Shown: positions 1-9,921 of the stretch, one piece after another
How positions within the stretch are numbered: the stretch's first letter is position 1
Layout: each line of letters starts with the position of its first letter
Virus record (IMG/VR): IMGVR_UViG_3300032242_002920
Span: 68,002-132,001 of that record
Direction: 5' to 3' (one strand)
Source of the DNA: a virus
Length of the DNA stretch: 64,000 nucleotides
Notes under the pieces: generated by a model
The model's input: only the letters and a program-made list of their open reading frames with translations
Databases searched by the model: none
Told to the model about the DNA's origin: nothing
Position numbers and translations under genes: made by a program

Positions 1-1
1 T

Positions 2-481
2 ATGGAGAAACGTTTAATTATGACTGCGACTATTAATAAACCATCTGTATTACCACCAATTGTTGATTTTACAATTGCCAAAACTGATGACACTAGTTTT
101 GCTAATTACACATTAAATATTTCTACTCCACAAGGAACTACAAATCAAAAAACTTTTAATCTTGATAATTCTCGTTCTTCTGCGTATTTTATTCCAGATG
201 GATCCATTGTTAAACTTACGCCTAAATTTACAATTCCAAACCATAACGGCATTGTTCAATACAAATGGACGTTTGGCGACGGAATTGAAAGTTTAATCAA
301 TGTTGATCCCTCGGTAACCAATCCCGCTGATTCCGTTTATCATAAATATACATTTACTCCGTTATCATCAATAGCAAATGTTTCTTCTAAAAATCTTTGC
401 GTTCCCGTACTTTTGACTGCCGTTGATTATTATCAACGAGTAATTCATTGTCAAAAAATTATCTACCCTCAGGGTACTTAA
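2..481 (+). CDS. PKD/Ig-like domain protein (possibly virion-associated; may be 5'-truncated)
   Basis: YKWTFGDG...VYHKY resembles the PKD 'WDFGDG' signature; beta-rich; ORF begins at window edge. Confidence 0.55.
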   Translation: MEKRLIMTATINKPSVLPPIVDFTIAKTDDTSFANYTLNISTPQGTTNQKTFNLDNSRSSAYFIPDGSIVKLTPKFTIPNHNGIVQYKWTFGDGIESLINVDPSVTNPADSVYHKYTFTPLSSIANVSSKNLCVPVLLTAVDYYQRVIHCQKIIYPQGT

Positions 482-2361
482 TCACCATTTAGGATATACA
501 TAAGATCTTCTTTAGTCATTCTTTGACTAATTGCTTGATCAGCGATTGCTCCCTTAAAAATGGCGTCATGAAAACCCATTTTGTCTAGCACAACTTGAAG
601 TTTTCTATCTTCTACTGAATCTGCCATAAGAAGTGTATAAAAACGCACGGTTTTAAAATTAGATGTAACTCGGTGAATACGATTTTCTCGTTGAGTATAA
701 GTAGACCATTTCCAAGGCATGTCGTAATGAATGCAAACTGATCCCACTTCCAGATTAATCGAATCTGAGCCTGCGTCAGAAGAAAGGAATACTCTGACAT
801 TTGGATCTGATTTAAATTTATCCTCGGCTTCTTGACGTTGCTTAGAGGATCCGCCATAGTAAACATATGAAACATTCCATTCTTCTAAATACTTGCGAAG
901 ATCTGGCATTAACCCATCATTAAATGCAGAAAATACTGTTATTTTTTCATCAGGGTGAACTTCTGTAATTAAAGATTTAAGAACTTCTAATTTAGCATGA
1001 TTTTCATTAGTAATTTTATTTGTTCCAATTTTGTCAAGAAGCTTAAATGCGACTTCTGATCCAGATTTATCAACATCCTCTCCTGACTCTAATGCATTCT
1101 CAAATGCCTCATAAGCGGCTGCTGAATTTAACACAGAACTTGGAAGATTACATATCATCTGTAAGATAGTAATTAATGCCAGCGTGTTTATTTCGCCGTC
1201 GTCCATCTTTTGCGCTTCTTTAAGAAAAGCATCATACACATTTCGTTGTTTGTCATTCCAATCAATAAAATATGGTTCTGAAATAACGCTTGGAAACATT
1301 TGAGCAATGTCTTCATCTAGTTTATCAACTTGATGTACAATGTGCGCCGCTTTGAGACCCATTTTATCCAAATTGTGCCACTCTGCCGGTTTGCCTCTAT
1401 CAAAAAAATCAAAACGTTTTACATATTCGTCTCTGAATTCTTTGACCGTGCCGTAAACAGTTGGATCAATAATGCGTACACAGTTAAAAAAATCTTCTGG
1501 GTTATTTTCAATTGGCGTAGCAGACAACATATATTGCCGTAACTCGGCTCGCTGTTTATCTTTTGACACTTGCGGGGGATGTGTTGAGTATAAACATTGA
1601 ATTACACTCTTGTACATCTGGGATGATCTGTTTTTTAATTTGGTAGGCATCTCATCCCAGATGATCAAAACGCGCTTGCCTCCGATTATGTTTTTCAGTT
1701 CCTCTGTATCGACTCTAAATTTCTCATAATTTAAAATAAGCACTTGACGATCAGAAACGGTTTCTGAATAAAGTTTTTCTCTTTTAGGTCTATTTCCCCG
1801 AATAACGGTTGAATCAATTCCTACGAGCCTCTGTAGGCTTCTCTGAGTGTTAATAGTGTTGTGACTCTTTACCACAAACAGGGCTAGATCAAAATTGTGT
1901 TGGTCATAGTGGTATTTGAGTAGCGCTGAAGCAATGACGGTTTTGCCAGTTCCGGTAGACCATTCAACTACTCCTCCTTTAAGATTTTTAAGAAAATTAA
2001 AACCTTGGACCTGAAATGGCAAAAACCCATTTACCGTATTGTCAAATGGAGATTCAATTTTTACTTCCGGAACGACATTAAGTTCATTTTGTTTTTTAAT
2101 GTTTTCTGATGGGTCTTCGGTCCAGATAACTTCTTTTCCCATTTTTTCGCATAATTTAATAAACTTATCAATTTGTAAAATAGAAATAGCTCGATATCGA
2201 CCAATTTCGTTTTCAATTTCATAAAAGAAAGATTCATCAAATGCATTGACAAACCATTGATCAACAAAATCTGGGTGTTTGTCTAAGATAACGAAGTTTT
2301 TTCTAAAATCTTCGCCCTTTTCGTCCATTTCAAAAAGAAGTTCGGATGTAAGCAGTTTCAT
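478..2361 (-). CDS. SNF2/SF2-family helicase
   Basis: PFQVQG Q-motif, STGTGKT Walker A, IIWDE Walker B, LSATPIEN motif III, helicase-C motifs (GSDSINL, HYDMPW, RIHR). Confidence 0.85.
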   Translation of the reverse strand: MKLLTSELLFEMDEKGEDFRKNFVILDKHPDFVDQWFVNAFDESFFYEIENEIGRYRAISILQIDKFIKLCEKMGKEVIWTEDPSENIKKQNELNVVPEVKIESPFDNTVNGFLPFQVQGFNFLKNLKGGVVEWSTGTGKTVIASALLKYHYDQHNFDLALFVVKSHNTINTQRSLQRLVGIDSTVIRGNRPKREKLYSETVSDRQVLILNYEKFRVDTEELKNIIGGKRVLIIWDEMPTKLKNRSSQMYKSVIQCLYSTHPPQVSKDKQRAELRQYMLSATPIENNPEDFFNCVRIIDPTVYGTVKEFRDEYVKRFDFFDRGKPAEWHNLDKMGLKAAHIVHQVDKLDEDIAQMFPSVISEPYFIDWNDKQRNVYDAFLKEAQKMDDGEINTLALITILQMICNLPSSVLNSAAAYEAFENALESGEDVDKSGSEVAFKLLDKIGTNKITNENHAKLEVLKSLITEVHPDEKITVFSAFNDGLMPDLRKYLEEWNVSYVYYGGSSKQRQEAEDKFKSDPNVRVFLSSDAGSDSINLEVGSVCIHYDMPWKWSTYTQRENRIHRVTSNFKTVRFYTLLMADSVEDRKLQVVLDKMGFHDAIFKGAIADQAISQRMTKEDLMYILNGD

Positions 2362-2963
2362 TGATCTTGACTAGGTGCTGGCAATCCCGGAGTTTGCACA
2401 AGTTCTCTTGTTCGAATTAAAATCTTTTCCCACATCTCAGGTGGAGCAACCTCTCTAATAGCTTGAACAAAAGCGTTAAATTGAGTTCTAACTTCGTCAA
2501 GGGCTGCGCCATCGGTTTCTGAATCCATTTTTTCTTTAAGTTGAATTAACGTTGCAACATCTTTGACTTCAACGGTCACATTGTTGTCAAGTAGGGCTTC
2601 AAAGCCTTTTTGAATAGCAACGTCAATATATGCTCGCCTAGAAATGGCTCCGCTAATACCTTCTTCGATGTCCGCCTGAGCCTCTTCCATCTCTCTTGCA
2701 ATAATTTGACGAACTGCCGCTTCTTCGTAATTAAGATGGTTTTTAGCATGACGACCAATAGAAGAACGACTAATATCAAAAATACGAGCGATCTCGGAAT
2801 GACTTGTTCCGAGCGCAATCATGCGATCAATAGCTTTAGCAAAATCGCTAGAACAAACTTTGCACCTTACGTCTCTGTAAGAAAGGTTAGATGGCGTAAC
2901 GGGTGCAACTGCATTTGAGTTGTTATTTGAATTTGATTGATTGGGTTTATTAAATTGCGGCAT
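2358..2963 (-). CDS. HTH-containing DNA-binding protein
   Basis: CKVC followed by HSEIARIFDISRSSIGRH helix-turn-helix. Confidence 0.55.
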   Translation of the reverse strand: MPQFNKPNQSNSNNNSNAVAPVTPSNLSYRDVRCKVCSSDFAKAIDRMIALGTSHSEIARIFDISRSSIGRHAKNHLNYEEAAVRQIIAREMEEAQADIEEGISGAISRRAYIDVAIQKGFEALLDNNVTVEVKDVATLIQLKEKMDSETDGAALDEVRTQFNAFVQAIREVAPPEMWEKILIRTRELVQTPGLPAPSQDQ

Positions 2964-3436
2964 TATCTGTAATAGCTCGCGCCATTCTTCTTACGCTGAT
3001 CGGGACTGTTAACTTTTCGACCTTCTGGATGAGTTCGATTATAAATGCCAGCAACAATAGATGGGTCGGGGGTACCCAAAGAGTTATAAATCTCTCTACG
3101 CCTTCTTTGATAAAGGTGTTCTTCAAAAAGAATTGGCGCATCCCCTTTAATGCCTTTTACTTTGCCTTCGCCCTTAAACCACGTATGATTGTTTTTGCAC
3201 TTGTATTCAGGAAAATCAATAATTAACTCGTTTCCCTCTTCGTCCTGTACGGTTTGATGCGCAGTTTTAGAATTACCTGTCACAATTCCTTCGCATTCAC
3301 ATTCTCTGCAAATTTCTCTTTTAGCATCTTCTCTTAAAAAGTCGTCGGCTAATTGTCCTAGTTGGGTATTAGTATACTTTCTACCCTCTTCATATTCAAG
3401 GCCCTCTTCGTAATTATTCCATCTATTATGCCACAT
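2963..3436 (-). CDS. hypothetical protein, putative Zn-binding
   Basis: 157-aa ORF translationally coupled in operon; CREC...CKNNH. Confidence 0.55.
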   Translation of the reverse strand: MWHNRWNNYEEGLEYEEGRKYTNTQLGQLADDFLREDAKREICRECECEGIVTGNSKTAHQTVQDEEGNELIIDFPEYKCKNNHTWFKGEGKVKGIKGDAPILFEEHLYQRRRREIYNSLGTPDPSIVAGIYNRTHPEGRKVNSPDQRKKNGASYYR

Positions 3437-3809
3437 TGTTTTCTACCTGCTCTTCTGCAAAATATTTGTCAGTTAATTGCATCATTGCTTGCTCAACATA
3501 TTGACCAACTGAAACCGTGGTAATACCCATAATTTCAGCAACTTCTTTTTGTTTTTTGTCAAGAATAACATTGTAGTAAACGGCCTCTCTCTTTCTTGCT
3601 GAAAGAGTTTCAAGACCATCGTGCAAATCCCATAAAGAGATGCTGAGAGTGTGCTTTGTTCTACTGCCATCTTCATTCTTAGTCCAGTAAGAATGCTCTA
3701 TAACGTGCGTTCCTTCTCTGGTAAAAATTTGTTTAAATTCATAGTAATGCCTATACACTTCTCTTAGAATTCTATGCTTTGGAATTGGTTCACTTAGTTC
3801 TTTTTTCAA
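3426..3809 (-). CDS. stand-alone sigma-70 region 4 (HTH) protein
   Basis: LETLSARKREAV...KKQKEVAEIMGITTVSVGQYVEQAM is a typical sigma4 HTH; no region 2; 127 aa. Confidence 0.75.
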   Translation of the reverse strand: MKKELSEPIPKHRILREVYRHYYEFKQIFTREGTHVIEHSYWTKNEDGSRTKHTLSISLWDLHDGLETLSARKREAVYYNVILDKKQKEVAEIMGITTVSVGQYVEQAMMQLTDKYFAEEQVENNVA

Positions 3810-4335
3810 TTTTATATCCTAGTGCTGTAAGGCCAACTGCAAACGCATCGCTATGATCAAATACTTTTTTCCACTCTGGTTTAAAACGTTCTGTAGATGG
3901 AAGAAGCTCGATGACGCCGTTTCTAACGGCGACTTTTGTTGCTGTTCCACTACCACCAATGTTTTTCTTTACTGTTGATGCTGCAATTTGCTTAATTTTG
4001 ATTCCACTTTGTATTGCTACTACCTGCACCGCTGTAATGGCAGTCATGGCCTTTTGTCTGTGGATGACATTTCCTACATTTCCTCCAGTTGGAGGAACAA
4101 TTTCATTAGCTATTATATCAGGTTTAAAAAATTTAATCAAATCGTTTGAAGTATGCGCCCAATATTCAATAATTCTAAGTTTATGATCCTGATAAGTTTC
4201 GCCCTCTAATTTTTCTACGCCTTTAATGCCTGAAGATGGGTAAGATTCTATTCCTGATGTAATTTCCTTAGGTCCAGTTTCAAGCAAAGCATAGCCCATT
4301 CGATCAGCGCCGGGATCAAATGCTAATACTCTCAT
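3790..4335 (-). CDS. ruvC: RuvC-like Holliday junction resolvase
   Basis: VLAFDPG..GYA, IANE, VKKNIGGSGTATK, DHSDAFAV motifs. Confidence 0.85.
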   Translation of the reverse strand: MRVLAFDPGADRMGYALLETGPKEITSGIESYPSSGIKGVEKLEGETYQDHKLRIIEYWAHTSNDLIKFFKPDIIANEIVPPTGGNVGNVIHRQKAMTAITAVQVVAIQSGIKIKQIAASTVKKNIGGSGTATKVAVRNGVIELLPSTERFKPEWKKVFDHSDAFAVGLTALGYKIEKRTK

Positions 4336-5075
4336 TCTGACCCTCTAATCGGTAGCTCCCAAGTTTCTGCCGAATTTGGAATATTTCCGTTATCCAAACA
4401 ATCGCTTACATATTGCCATTTATCATAAATGGTATCAATTAGTGGTTGATTTTTATTAAAAATAAACTCTTTAAATTCGTGCGGAGAGTCTTTATTGATA
4501 CAGAGAACAATTGTTCTTTCAAGATCGAAGAAATCCATATAAATATTCATTTGACATTCATACTTAGCAGCAGACCAATCTGGAAGTGTAGTTCTTTTAA
4601 AATCAAAGCTACCCATTGTTTTAAAATCAACAAGAAATTCGCCTTGACCGGGAATAGTTACCGGGGCAACATCAGCAGATCCTCTACACCAGTGATATGC
4701 CTTAGGCTTACCGTTTTCTTCTGCCCAAATTTTTTGACCCGGACGTTCAATAGCATCAGGCGTAGCGTATCCAAGTTGATTGACGACGATCTCTTGAAGA
4801 TAACCGTGCCAAAAATGACCAACTTGAAAAGTTTTACGCAACCCTCCTCCAATGGAATCTTTTTCAACGGCACCAGTTGCTTTGTCAAATAACTCTCTAG
4901 GACTCAGTGTGCAATCTCCGGATGGGTGCCATGCGTTATCTCCGGTTTTTGGTTCATACTTATAAGTCCATTCAAAATCGCCTGCCGATTCAATAACGCG
5001 GTCAAGGTGTACTGCTAATTTTGTTTTAGTAACAAGTTTGCGAGCCATGCTATGTTTTGTAAGTTTAATCGCCAT
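4332..5075 (-). CDS. Cas4-like/PD-(D/E)xK exonuclease
   Basis: HPS..C, G.FWH, GSAD...LVDFKT, QMNIYM motifs; start placed at MAIKL (GGA upstream), 5090 also possible. Confidence 0.7.
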   Translation of the reverse strand: MAIKLTKHSMARKLVTKTKLAVHLDRVIESAGDFEWTYKYEPKTGDNAWHPSGDCTLSPRELFDKATGAVEKDSIGGGLRKTFQVGHFWHGYLQEIVVNQLGYATPDAIERPGQKIWAEENGKPKAYHWCRGSADVAPVTIPGQGEFLVDFKTMGSFDFKRTTLPDWSAAKYECQMNIYMDFFDLERTIVLCINKDSPHEFKEFIFNKNQPLIDTIYDKWQYVSDCLDNGNIPNSAETWELPIRGSE

Positions 5076-5439
5076 ATGATTCCGTATCATCTGCGACTCT
5101 GCGCACTACCAAATCCACAAACCCTTTAGAGTCTGCTAGGCGCGAGTCTGGTTTATAAAAACGAAGAGCAAGAGCAGGTTCTAGTCCTGATGCCCAAGCT
5201 TCGTCTGCAATCTTTTCCATACGAGTTACTAGAGTGGCCTTAGCGGGCTTCTCAGCATCTCCAGTGGTTTTGCATTCAAATAGCATACCACCCACTCTGG
5301 CGCTACCAATCTTTACATCGCCTTGATCATGATCTGCCGCGCCGGAACTAGGAGAACGCTTGCCTTGATAACACTTAGCAATAAATTCTTCATGTTCTAC
5401 TGAACGGGCTTTATTAGTACCTTTACGAGCCATCTTCAA
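5065..5439 (-). CDS. Hjc-like PD-(D/E)xK endonuclease/resolvase
   Basis: HE...A, SPSSGA, GDV...FECK motifs. Confidence 0.65.
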   Translation of the reverse strand: MKMARKGTNKARSVEHEEFIAKCYQGKRSPSSGAADHDQGDVKIGSARVGGMLFECKTTGDAEKPAKATLVTRMEKIADEAWASGLEPALALRFYKPDSRLADSKGFVDLVVRRVADDTESYGD

Positions 5440-6502
5440 TCACTTCTGCCGATGGTTTTACATTTGTGATAGGACCGTTTTCCTTGACCATGGCCTCAAG
5501 AACTTCTTGACGAAGTTGCTCTTGAACTTTTGGGTTTTCCATAACAAACTTACCAACCGCAGCCTTACCTTGTAACTGGTTCTTTTCGCCGGGAAAAGAT
5601 GGATGCTTGTACCAAGCGCCCGCTGGAGTAATACAACCAAGGCGAGTTGCAATATCAATAATATCCGCGCCCCTGTCAATGCCAACATCGTGAGTAGGAG
5701 TAGTCATCTTGTAATAATCAAACTCTGCGGTACGACGAGAACCTTCGCTAAATTTATTACGAAGAATGGTAGCCTTAAGTCTATGACCCACTTCAGCCTC
5801 TTCCTTGTCCAACTTTTCACGATAAAACTCAGATGCTTTTAATTGAACGCGAATACTGCAACTGTGTTTAAGGGCATGACCGCCGGGAGAGTCAACAACA
5901 CCGGGCATACGGGCGTTCATCTTGTCACGAATTTGATTGATAAACATGATACCAGTATTATTCTTCCACGCTGGTTGAAGAACATTATGAACTCCCCAAG
6001 TGATTAGACCGGAACGACCGCCTTGAGCGGGTTTGCCGTCAATCTCTGCCTCTGATTCACGCAATAAAGCGCCTACAGAATCAAATAGTACAAAACCTAC
6101 CTCTGGAGCAGCAACAATTTCAGCAAGCATGTTAAATGCCTCCTGACCGTTGTCAGGGCGAGCAATAAGAAGTTCGTTCGTATTTACTCCATGCCTTTCT
6201 GCCCACTTGTTATCAAATCCGGGTTCGACTGCAACAATGGCGCAAACCTTGCCTAGTGCTTGAGCATTAGCAATAGCGTTAAGTCCAATGACGGATGATT
6301 TGCCAATATCTGGTGGACCAAATACTTCAATAAGATGACCCATTGGCCACCCGCCAATACCGAGCGAATAATCAAGGCTAAGCGAACCTGTGGGAATCAC
6401 ATCAAGAGGCCATTCAACATTTCCAGTTGAACCGGCTTTTTCTCCATACTTCTTTTGAAACTTTGCTGCTAAATCTTGTACTGTTTTAGTGTTTGTTGTC
6501 AA
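5423..6502 (-). CDS. recA: RecA recombinase
   Basis: IPTGSLSLDYSLGIGGWP, GPPDIGKS, DSVGAL, FINQIR, PGGHALKH. Confidence 0.95.
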   Translation of the reverse strand: MTTNTKTVQDLAAKFQKKYGEKAGSTGNVEWPLDVIPTGSLSLDYSLGIGGWPMGHLIEVFGPPDIGKSSVIGLNAIANAQALGKVCAIVAVEPGFDNKWAERHGVNTNELLIARPDNGQEAFNMLAEIVAAPEVGFVLFDSVGALLRESEAEIDGKPAQGGRSGLITWGVHNVLQPAWKNNTGIMFINQIRDKMNARMPGVVDSPGGHALKHSCSIRVQLKASEFYREKLDKEEAEVGHRLKATILRNKFSEGSRRTAEFDYYKMTTPTHDVGIDRGADIIDIATRLGCITPAGAWYKHPSFPGEKNQLQGKAAVGKFVMENPKVQEQLRQEVLEAMVKENGPITNVKPSAEVIEDGS

Positions 6503-6503
6503 T

Positions 6504-9500
6504 TTATTTCCTTAATATTTCGGCATCATTAAATTTAACACCTTTTGCCGTCTTTGTCAAGCTAAATATAGCAGGAGTCATTTCTTTCCACAAAAATTTA
6601 TATGTAGCCCAATCTTTGGGAAAAACTACAAATTCAACTGCATCACCTTGGTATTCAATATTAACAATACCCATGGCGCTACCGTCCCTCTTTGTTCTTT
6701 TTTCATCAATGTTTGCAATTACTCCCGGCAATGAAACGGTTACAGATTCTTCTGCGTACTCAAGTTCTGCATATGAATCACAAGCGTCAATCGCATCTTG
6801 GTTTATTGCAAAGATTTTATTTGTTTCATCGGTTAGAATAACTCCAAGAAGTTGACGTTCAAGTTTCTGTCTTTCAGACAAAGAAATATCTCTATTCTCG
6901 TAGTTATCCCATGCTCCTGCGTCATACAACGTAGGAAGCCTATTCGCTGGGATAGTTTGCCTTGGCGACCGCTGTTTAAATGCAACGCCATCTTTTTTAG
7001 CTTTTTCTTTTGCCCAATCCCATTCGTCCTGTTCTTCATCAATAGCTGATTCAAGTTTTTCAGGAGATGAAATATCATATTTATTGCGAATTTCTACAAG
7101 CCTAGAAGCGGCGGTTTTACCGATACCCTTTACATTGGAAAAACCAAACAAAATTTGATTATCAATTACCGCAATGTCATCTTGAGATTTCAGGATGTCT
7201 GGAGGCATAACGCTAATGCCCATACGACGACCCTCTGCAACATACTCTCCTGCGGAATCGGGGTTGGTTCTAATACATGAAATTAAAAACTCTGCCGGGG
7301 CTTGATATTTGGCATACAATGTTCTAAATGCAATTGTGGCATAAGCGATAGCGTGTGACTTATTGAATGAGTATTTAGCAAAATCCTCTAACTTATTCCA
7401 AATAACGTCAAGCGTTGTTTGATCAATTTCATTCTCAAGTGCAACCTGCACAAATCCACGATTTTCCCATTCGCCTTCACCGTTATATAGAGCAAGCATT
7501 TGTTCTGGTTTTTTCTTACCAAGAATCTTACGAACGGCATCAGATTCAGAAAGTGAATATCCAAGTTTGTTAAAAAATGCAATTACCTGCTCCTGATACA
7601 AAAACCAACCATAAGTCGGCTCAAGAATATCTTCAAGAATCGGATGATCGTATGCTACTTTCTCATCTCCATTACGACGACGGATAAATGAATCAGGCGC
7701 ACCTGATCGAATGGGACCGGGACGGTTAAGAGAAACAATAATGCCTAGATCTTCAATAGATCGTGGTTTGAAATCTTTGCAAAGTTGACGAGCATAACCA
7801 CGCTCAATTTGAAATACGCCAAGCGTAAGACCCTGATCGAGCATCTCCCACATTTCAATAATATTTTCATCAAGATTAGACCAATCTAATTCTTTACCAA
7901 GTTGATCCTCCCACTCTTGCAGAGTATCAAGGTTACGAAGACCAAGAAGATCTTGTTTGACAAACATTCTTTTGTCAACATCCGTCATTGGAAAACAAGT
8001 CACCTGTTCCTCTTGCTGACGATTCCACATGCAAGGAAGTTCGTCGTTAAGACGTACATCGGCAACAACCACGCCAGATGGGTGAACACCGTATCCCGAA
8101 ATGCGAGATGAAATAGTTTCAACAATGTTGAGCCAATCTTTACGACGTTCAGTGTTAGCCCATTCAGCAACCTCTTTGCCAACATGATCCATAACATAAA
8201 CAGTTTTACCCGGATCTACTTCTTCGGACCAACCAACAGAATCGGCACCAAGAATGTCAATATCAGGAACCTTGTCTACAATTTTCTTAAGATCTTCTTT
8301 GTCTTCCCAAGAAATTCCGCATACTTTGTAACTGCGATCAATTGCAGCCTTAGGCTTAAGACGAGTAATGGTACCGATGGTACGAACATTACCTTCACCC
8401 CAACGGTCCTTAAGGTACTGGCGAACGCGTTTGCGCTCTGCAACTGGAAAATCGTTATCAATGTCGGGATAACCATCTTCGCGGCCCGGATTATAAAAAC
8501 GTTCAAAAATAAGACCATACTTAAGAGGATCAATATCGGTGATGCCTAGAGCATAGGATACAATTGCTCCTGCGGCAGAACCACGACCGGGACCGCGCTT
8601 AATTCCGTTCTTGTTACAAAATTCGCAAAAATCCCAAGCCTGCAAAAAGTAATGTTCAAGTCCTGCGTCAATAAATACTTCCATTTCACGGGCCACTCGA
8701 TTCCAAACCTCTTCGCTGGCATTGTCACCGTAACGGTTATTAATTCCTTGTTCGACAAGATCGAAGAAAAGCTCTGTAGCGGAGGTTTCCTCTTTAGTCC
8801 ACGGGCAGTCCTTGGGAATAAAAGCAGGGAGATGTCGCTTTACATCCGGAAGTTGAGCATTGCATTTATCAGCAAGCTCAGCAGAGTTACGTAGAGCTTC
8901 ATCTACCGCCGATGTTGGTAGATACGAAAGTGATGCGCGAATCTGTGCTTCGTCTTGAATATAAAGAGATTTAGGATGCCACATCTTACGCTCTTCTACT
9001 GGCATGTAAATGTCTTCACCAGTTTGCATAGCAACAAAAGCATCATGAAGATCATACTGCTCAGGACTAGCAAAGTGGGCATCGGTTGCGTAAATGAGTG
9101 GGATGCCACGCTCTTGGGCCAGACCGACAAGAATCGTATTGAGGGCCATATGCTCCTCGCCGGGATAAGTATGAATTTCGATGTAAAAGTTTTCACCAAA
9201 AATATCAAGGTATTTGTTAAGAGGTTCATAAGGGTCGCCCTTCATAACGCCCTGTGCTACAAGCCCCTGAATGCAGGCAGAAGTGGCAAAAAGACCCTCG
9301 CTGCGATGCTTGAGCATATCCCAATTAACACGACCAACGAATCTATAATTAGTTGATGCATCATCAACAAGTCGCCAAAGATTACGCAAACCTTCGTCGG
9401 TCATTGCACCCGCAATAAAGTGCGCTTGATCTCGCTCTTGTTTAGCAAACTCGGTTTTAGTTCCATGATAAAGCTCGCATCCAAATACGGGTTTAATATC

Positions 9501-9671
9501 ATACTCGGCCATCGTTTTAGCAAACTCAAGGTGGCCACTGACCGTACCGTGATCGGTAATACCACAGCATGAGCAACCGATTTCTTGACATCTAATTGCA
9601 ATTTCTCGACACGTTGAAAGGCCGTCTAGGGCGCTATATTCAGAATGATTATGAATCGGTGCAAATGACAA
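6504..9671 (-). CDS. dnaE: DNA polymerase III alpha subunit
   Basis: PHP domain HNHSEYSALDG/ITDHG, GPGRGSAAG, FERF, PDIDND, GVFQIE, YSFNKSHA, C-terminal OB fold. Confidence 0.97.
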   Translation of the reverse strand: MSFAPIHNHSEYSALDGLSTCREIAIRCQEIGCSCCGITDHGTVSGHLEFAKTMAEYDIKPVFGCELYHGTKTEFAKQERDQAHFIAGAMTDEGLRNLWRLVDDASTNYRFVGRVNWDMLKHRSEGLFATSACIQGLVAQGVMKGDPYEPLNKYLDIFGENFYIEIHTYPGEEHMALNTILVGLAQERGIPLIYATDAHFASPEQYDLHDAFVAMQTGEDIYMPVEERKMWHPKSLYIQDEAQIRASLSYLPTSAVDEALRNSAELADKCNAQLPDVKRHLPAFIPKDCPWTKEETSATELFFDLVEQGINNRYGDNASEEVWNRVAREMEVFIDAGLEHYFLQAWDFCEFCNKNGIKRGPGRGSAAGAIVSYALGITDIDPLKYGLIFERFYNPGREDGYPDIDNDFPVAERKRVRQYLKDRWGEGNVRTIGTITRLKPKAAIDRSYKVCGISWEDKEDLKKIVDKVPDIDILGADSVGWSEEVDPGKTVYVMDHVGKEVAEWANTERRKDWLNIVETISSRISGYGVHPSGVVVADVRLNDELPCMWNRQQEEQVTCFPMTDVDKRMFVKQDLLGLRNLDTLQEWEDQLGKELDWSNLDENIIEMWEMLDQGLTLGVFQIERGYARQLCKDFKPRSIEDLGIIVSLNRPGPIRSGAPDSFIRRRNGDEKVAYDHPILEDILEPTYGWFLYQEQVIAFFNKLGYSLSESDAVRKILGKKKPEQMLALYNGEGEWENRGFVQVALENEIDQTTLDVIWNKLEDFAKYSFNKSHAIAYATIAFRTLYAKYQAPAEFLISCIRTNPDSAGEYVAEGRRMGISVMPPDILKSQDDIAVIDNQILFGFSNVKGIGKTAASRLVEIRNKYDISSPEKLESAIDEEQDEWDWAKEKAKKDGVAFKQRSPRQTIPANRLPTLYDAGAWDNYENRDISLSERQKLERQLLGVILTDETNKIFAINQDAIDACDSYAELEYAEESVTVSLPGVIANIDEKRTKRDGSAMGIVNIEYQGDAVEFVVFPKDWATYKFLWKEMTPAIFSLTKTAKGVKFNDAEILRK

Positions 9672-9899
9672 TTAAATTTCTCTTTCTGCGGCTTTTTGTG
9701 TACCAATAATTCCAATAATAACTCCAAGAAGAAAACCACCTTCTTGACCATGACCTTCTTTATCTTGAATCCAATGCATTAGATCTATTTTAGCAGAATC
9801 ATCGAGTCCAAGCGATTCTAACATAATGTCTAATGCGCCCATCTGTTCTTTTTTATCTTCGCCAGTATGGACCGCCTTAAAATCATCAAGGCGGCCCAT
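9672..9899 (-). CDS. hypothetical protein
   Basis: 3' part of track ORF 9672..10079; likely start MGRLDDF avoids overlap with the SSB gene. Confidence 0.5.
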   Translation of the reverse strand: MGRLDDFKAVHTGEDKKEQMGALDIMLESLGLDDSAKIDLMHWIQDKEGHGQEGGFLLGVIIGIIGTQKAAEREI

Positions 9900-9921
9900 A
9901 GCAAAAACGAGATCAGATTTT

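Noticed and set aside
4332-5075. CRISPR-Cas system suggested by the Cas4-like gene
   Set aside because: No repeat-spacer array or other cas genes; solo Cas4-like nucleases are common in phage replication modules.
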